Made by a program: the position numbers and the translations under genes. Positions 55,030 to 59,118 of a DNA stretch of 59,118 nt are shown piece by piece. The stretch's first letter is position 1. Every line of letters starts with the position of its first letter. The stretch is from Candidatus Magasanikbacteria bacterium CG1_02_32_51 (GTDB taxonomy: Bacteria > Patescibacteriota > Patescibacteriia > Magasanikbacterales > UBA922), in contig MNVC01000014.1 in the NCBI GenBank assembly GCA_001871435.1, positions 1-59,118 of the forward strand, in the 5' to 3' direction. The notes under the pieces were generated by a model. That model made no database searches, was not told where the DNA came from, and was given only the letters and a program-made list of their open reading frames with translations.

Positions 55030-58000
55030 ATGTCTGAGCCAACAAGAGGAAGAGGGGAAGAGTTTAGCCCTGAATTAGCCAAAGAAAGATTTGTAGAGTT
55101 GCATGACAATTTTTCTAAGAAATTCAAAGAATTGTCAACCAAAAGTGAACAGGTGACAAGACTTTCTTCAAGAGTTTTGGATTTATTAAAGAATGTATCA
55201 GATGATTTTGTTGAAAAATTAAAAAATAAAGTAGATTTGGCAAACACTTTGCAAGATATAACTTATGAATTGAATAATATTGTAGATTATCTTAAAACAG
55301 AAGGGGAAAACATAAATGTGGCTGATGTTGAACAAAAATTAGATTTTTTTGGAACAAATTTAGAATTGGCATTTAAGAATATTGAAAAAGAAAATATAGA
55401 GCATTTTGATGGTGATAAATTAGATTTTTTTGGAGGTAAATATTCAGGAAAATGTCTAAAAGGATCAGATGGAGAATTGATACCAGATGGTATTGGCAAA
55501 CTTGAGTTTGGTGACAATGTTGTGATAAATGTGTTTTGTGATAATGGTAGGTTTGTGACTGGAAATATTGAGAATGCCTCAATAGATAAATTTGATAGTA
55601 ATTTTGCAGGGTTTGTATATAAGGGTGGTGTAAATATTACTAAAGATGGTTGGATGCCAACTGGTGGCTCTTTGAAGAAAGATAACGAGACTCTGTTTGT
55701 TGAATTTAAAGATGGTAAGTTGTTTGATATAAAAAATGTTTATAATCAAAAATTAGAAAATGGAAATATTTATTCTGGAGGTTACAAAAAAGTTGGTGAT
55801 AAATTTGTATTTGATGGACCAAGTGGTCGTATGATAGTAGGAGATACCAAATTTTCAGGCGAATGGGAAGAAGGCAAATTTGTGGGTGGTAAAGTAGAAA
55901 ATTACAAATTGTTAGGTGTTTCATATACTGGAGGGTGTTTTATTGATAAAGACACTGGTGAATTGGTTATACACGGTGAAGGTGTTTTACAACAAGTTGA
56001 TGGTGCAAAAATAAATAGAACTTGGGAAAATGTTTTATTGTCTGATTATATAGCCAAATCATCAAGTAGTGATGAGGAAGAAGAGGTTGACTTAGATGAA
56101 GATCAAGAAGAACAAGAGACAGTAGAAGAGAGGGTGGTAGAAACTCCGAAGAAAAAAGGTTTTTTCCAAAGATTGTTCAACAAAGAAGATAGACAGGAAA
56201 TAAAAGAAAATATCAAAGTAGCGGGAAAAAATATGATCAAGCCTTTGCTTAATATGGCTTATAAAACAGCTACTTCTGTTTTTGGTGTGAAATTGGTTAC
56301 AGATTCTCTTGGTCTTTTGGTTGGCAAAGGTGACTATGCCAAGATGTGGAAAAATAAAAAAGAACGTGAGGAAATCAGAGAATCTTTTAGAGAAGCCTTC
56401 CAAGAAATATTATCAGAAAATTCTGAAACCGCACCAGTAGTAGAAGAAGCACCTGAGAGTGCTGTTCCTAGAGAAATTTTAGAAAAATTTGCTAAAGTGA
56501 ACGCAAAAATTGATGCTTCACAGGCTTCAGCCGAAGACAAAGCAAAATTGAAAACCCAATTGCATGAGATATTAGAGCAAGATGGTACGGCAAGAAAAGA
56601 AAACTATACTAGTGTCAAGGAAAAAGTAGCCAAAATTATTGAGACTTATACTGACAACAAACTTTCTTTGGTGACTGTTCTCAAAGATGCTTTGAATACT
56701 GTCGGTGTGGCTACAGGCTTGTTTGCTTTGCGTGGTATAGCTTATGCTGGGACTTCTGTAGTCGAAAGATTGAGAACACATAAAATAGAAAACAAAAAGA
56801 AAGATCTAGAAGGCAAAGAAAGTGAAAAAGAAAGTGCTATGAAAGATTTACTCCAAAATTCTATAGCAGAAACTTGGCGTGGTCTGACTTTTCAAGGTAT
56901 TAAGAAAGATGGAAATACATTATTTGAAACTTTTCGTGGTAACAGGAAAGATGGAAATACATCCAAACAAAGGGTTTTTGATTTTATCAAATCAGTTGGT
57001 ACAGTACTTCGTGGTTTAGGAATTTATGGTGTTGCTGTTGGAGATGGTATACCTGAAGCATTTGCTAGACTCAAAGATAATTTGGAGGTACATGATTTGG
57101 CTAGTACTGTTGGACATAATTTTGTAGACAATTTTGAAAGAGTTTTTAGTATTTTTGGTAGTAAAGATGAATCAAAAACAGAATTAGTAGAACAACGTGA
57201 AAAAGCCAAAACTCTTGCCAAGGGTATGGGCTTGGGTGCCAAAGCTTCTCCGGTTGAACAATTAGGTGGAGATCATACTAAAGTGAATCCTTTGAAAAAT
57301 GCTGTAGAAGTAATAAAACCTGAACCACAAATATTTTCTCTCACAGTCACCAAAGGTGGTAGTGCTTGGGGTACATTAGACAAGACTTTGACTAGTGATA
57401 GCGCGCCACAAGAATTCAAAAATATGTTTGCAGGTGACAAACAGGCGTTTGCACAGTGGCGTGAGAAGCAACTCTTAGATAATGGTTATAAGAAAGTGGA
57501 TGGGCACTGGGGTCATCCAATCACTGTACATGCAGGTGCCGAGATGAAAATTTCCAAAGGTGATGATGGACAGTGGCATGCTAAATATGATGAGAGTGTC
57601 AAAGGTAAGACTGAGAGTGGTAGGGTGTATGATACTATCCATAAAAACAATACTTTGCATTTTCAACAAACACAACAGGGTGAAATACCTGAGTCTAACC
57701 ATCCTATAAATACCGACGAAACTGCCAATATTGATACAAAACATAATATCTCTGATCAAGTACAAGATAGTAAAGGAGGTACTTATGTCTCAGAGGGTGT
57801 GACTGGTGGTACTAAGCCAAATCCTTATGAGAGTATGGATTCTAGTCAGGCAATAGATAGTACTACTCAAAACAATGTGGAGACAGTAGTTGCTACAGAT
57901 ACGAAAAGCAGTGTACCTGAAGCTACTGAGGTAGTAAATGACACAAAAGGAAGTATTCCAGAGACTCAGTCTGATAATAATGTAGTACAAGATAAAGTAG

Positions 58001-58758
58001 GGATTACAAAGATCAAAGAAGAAGTCGTCGTACCACAAAAAGGAGCTACAAAAGTTGTAGAACCTGTAACAGAGCCTGTAGAAACTACAAAACCAAGTGT
58101 AGAGGTGGGTATAAATGAAGGTCATACTCAAGTGGCGATAAATAGAGATGCGAAGGGTAATTATCAGATAGAAGTCACTGGGGACAAACTTAGTACACCA
58201 AAGGGTGAATTGATAAAAAAATATTTCCATCCTGAAGAGCAAGGACATGCTAGAGGAAAGGGAATTTTAGGTGACAAGGAACTCATGGAGCTAAGAAAAC
58301 TAAAAGTTTATGATGATGCGTATAGCAAGATGGTAGACAGCGGACAAAGCAATATTGGTGAAGCCAAGGCTCTCAAGTTGGAGATAAGAAAAATTTTGGA
58401 TACTCAAGCCAAACGTCTTGGTGAGGAAGGTGTACCTCAAGATTTCTTTGCTACAGATATGCTAAAGCGTTATGATTACAGAGTAGATACTATACTTGAA
58501 ACACCTCATGTAGACAATGCAACGACAACTATTCATGTAGCTGATAAAGAAATCATGATACCAATGAATCTATTTCCAGAAGAGATTATGGAAAAGTATG
58601 CACAAATGGTTACTAAATTAGCATTACAATTTGACAATTTGCCAGCAAGTCCGGCTAGAGATAATATTATAGAAGAATTTTCAAAAGCTCTCAAAGCAGG
58701 ACCTTCAGAACTGGAAAAGTTTGCTAAGCATTATGGAGTTTCCAAGAGTAGTAAATAG
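55030..58758 (+). CDS. Large hypothetical protein (MORN-like repeats, acidic linker, hydrophobic hairpins, LysM-like motif, T/E/V-rich stalk)
   Basis: YSG..G.G.L repeats at about aa 130-330; FSLTVTKGGSAWGTL; low-complexity C-terminal half. Confidence 0.75.
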   Translation: MSEPTRGRGEEFSPELAKERFVELHDNFSKKFKELSTKSEQVTRLSSRVLDLLKNVSDDFVEKLKNKVDLANTLQDITYELNNIVDYLKTEGENINVADVEQKLDFFGTNLELAFKNIEKENIEHFDGDKLDFFGGKYSGKCLKGSDGELIPDGIGKLEFGDNVVINVFCDNGRFVTGNIENASIDKFDSNFAGFVYKGGVNITKDGWMPTGGSLKKDNETLFVEFKDGKLFDIKNVYNQKLENGNIYSGGYKKVGDKFVFDGPSGRMIVGDTKFSGEWEEGKFVGGKVENYKLLGVSYTGGCFIDKDTGELVIHGEGVLQQVDGAKINRTWENVLLSDYIAKSSSSDEEEEVDLDEDQEEQETVEERVVETPKKKGFFQRLFNKEDRQEIKENIKVAGKNMIKPLLNMAYKTATSVFGVKLVTDSLGLLVGKGDYAKMWKNKKEREEIRESFREAFQEILSENSETAPVVEEAPESAVPREILEKFAKVNAKIDASQASAEDKAKLKTQLHEILEQDGTARKENYTSVKEKVAKIIETYTDNKLSLVTVLKDALNTVGVATGLFALRGIAYAGTSVVERLRTHKIENKKKDLEGKESEKESAMKDLLQNSIAETWRGLTFQGIKKDGNTLFETFRGNRKDGNTSKQRVFDFIKSVGTVLRGLGIYGVAVGDGIPEAFARLKDNLEVHDLASTVGHNFVDNFERVFSIFGSKDESKTELVEQREKAKTLAKGMGLGAKASPVEQLGGDHTKVNPLKNAVEVIKPEPQIFSLTVTKGGSAWGTLDKTLTSDSAPQEFKNMFAGDKQAFAQWREKQLLDNGYKKVDGHWGHPITVHAGAEMKISKGDDGQWHAKYDESVKGKTESGRVYDTIHKNNTLHFQQTQQGEIPESNHPINTDETANIDTKHNISDQVQDSKGGTYVSEGVTGGTKPNPYESMDSSQAIDSTTQNNVETVVATDTKSSVPEATEVVNDTKGSIPETQSDNNVVQDKVGITKIKEEVVVPQKGATKVVEPVTEPVETTKPSVEVGINEGHTQVAINRDAKGNYQIEVTGDKLSTPKGELIKKYFHPEEQGHARGKGILGDKELMELRKLKVYDDAYSKMVDSGQSNIGEAKALKLEIRKILDTQAKRLGEEGVPQDFFATDMLKRYDYRVDTILETPHVDNATTTIHVADKEIMIPMNLFPEEIMEKYAQMVTKLALQFDNLPASPARDNIIEEFSKALKAGPSELEKFAKHYGVSKSSK

Positions 58759-58788
58759 AAATTTTGGCAAATATAATTTATTTAGAAG

Positions 58789-58815
58789 AAATCTCCCTAA
58801 GGTAGGGAGATTTTT
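58789..58815 (+). terminator. Intrinsic terminator
   Basis: aaatctcccta-agg-tagggagattttt. Confidence 0.75.
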
Positions 58816-58968
58816 GTTTGCTGTGGATATGTATTAGAGTCTATATAGACAGAATATGACCCTGAATAAGATGAGATACATCGTAGACACTTTTACCCTA
58901 CCAAGTAGATGCCGTAAGGCATCCAAAGTGGTAGAATAAAGGTGGTTAATTATATATCTCATTTAACT

Positions 58969-59118
58969 ATGGTCTACGAAAATTATTGGAAAAATAGGAA
59001 CAAAGGATTAATGGATAAATATACACGCTGGCGAAAGATTGCTAAAGGGTTGAAACTTAGTAAAGAGGCTCTCTGTAGATTAGAATGGATTATCTTTTAT
59101 GAAACTACAGCAGGGAAA
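58969..59118 (+). mobile_element. 5' end of a probable IS481-like transposase, truncated by the window edge
   Basis: MVYENYWKNRNKGLMDKYTRWRKIAKGLKLSKEALCRLEWIIFYETTAG resembles N-termini of CPR integrase-core transposases; only 50 codons visible. Confidence 0.5.

Noticed and set aside
355-58248. Numerous short antisense or alternate-frame ORFs in the track overlapping long genes
   Set aside because: They are shadow ORFs of well-supported genes and carry no motifs.
58838-58968. Possible IS left end (gtctatatagac palindrome, gatgccgtaaggcatc hairpin)
   Set aside because: The other end of the element is outside the window, so terminal repeats cannot be defined.

Overview
AT-rich bacterial window in standard genetic code 11, most likely from a Patescibacteria (CPR, Parcubacteria-like) genome. 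This assignment is inferred from gene content, the lack of Shine-Dalgarno motifs, the long tmRNA tag and an LGAGC lipobox-like motif. Layout: (1) 1-3.7 kb, a defence/mobile patch with a RAYT remnant, an orphan HTH antitoxin, an MNT-HEPN TA pair, a RAYT with GTAG REP palindromes and AbiEi/AbiEii. (2) 3.9-35.8 kb, a surface-glycan cluster: O-antigen-ligase-like protein, gmd/fcl, a GME-like epimerase, two GT11, many methyltransferases, WavE, GDP-heptose genes, ugd and galE. (3) A two-gene restriction-modification system. (4) pyk, and a PEP synthase with an unusual membrane/lipoprotein-like C-terminal fusion. (5) A TA module and a tRNA-Asp locus surrounded by tRNA-like copies and a GIY-YIG gene. 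(6) rplT-rpmI-infC-ssrA-smpB on the minus strand. (7) Membrane proteins, a 1242-aa protein and the start of an IS481-like transposase. The most striking structure the gene list does not explain is a family of about a dozen intergenic cassettes made of mutually inverted arrays of degenerate 7-, 8- or 9-nt tandem repeats. Three enclose an intact four-helix-bundle (23S-IVP/Avd-like) gene, one encloses a broken copy with a second cassette nested inside it, and the rest are empty. Repeat period tracks protein subfamily. A second candidate system is the tRNA-Asp/GIY-YIG locus, where the tRNA-like copies have the 17-nt anticodon arm replaced by a 17-nt palindrome. Related micro-palindromes recur in the loops of other hairpin repeats in the window.
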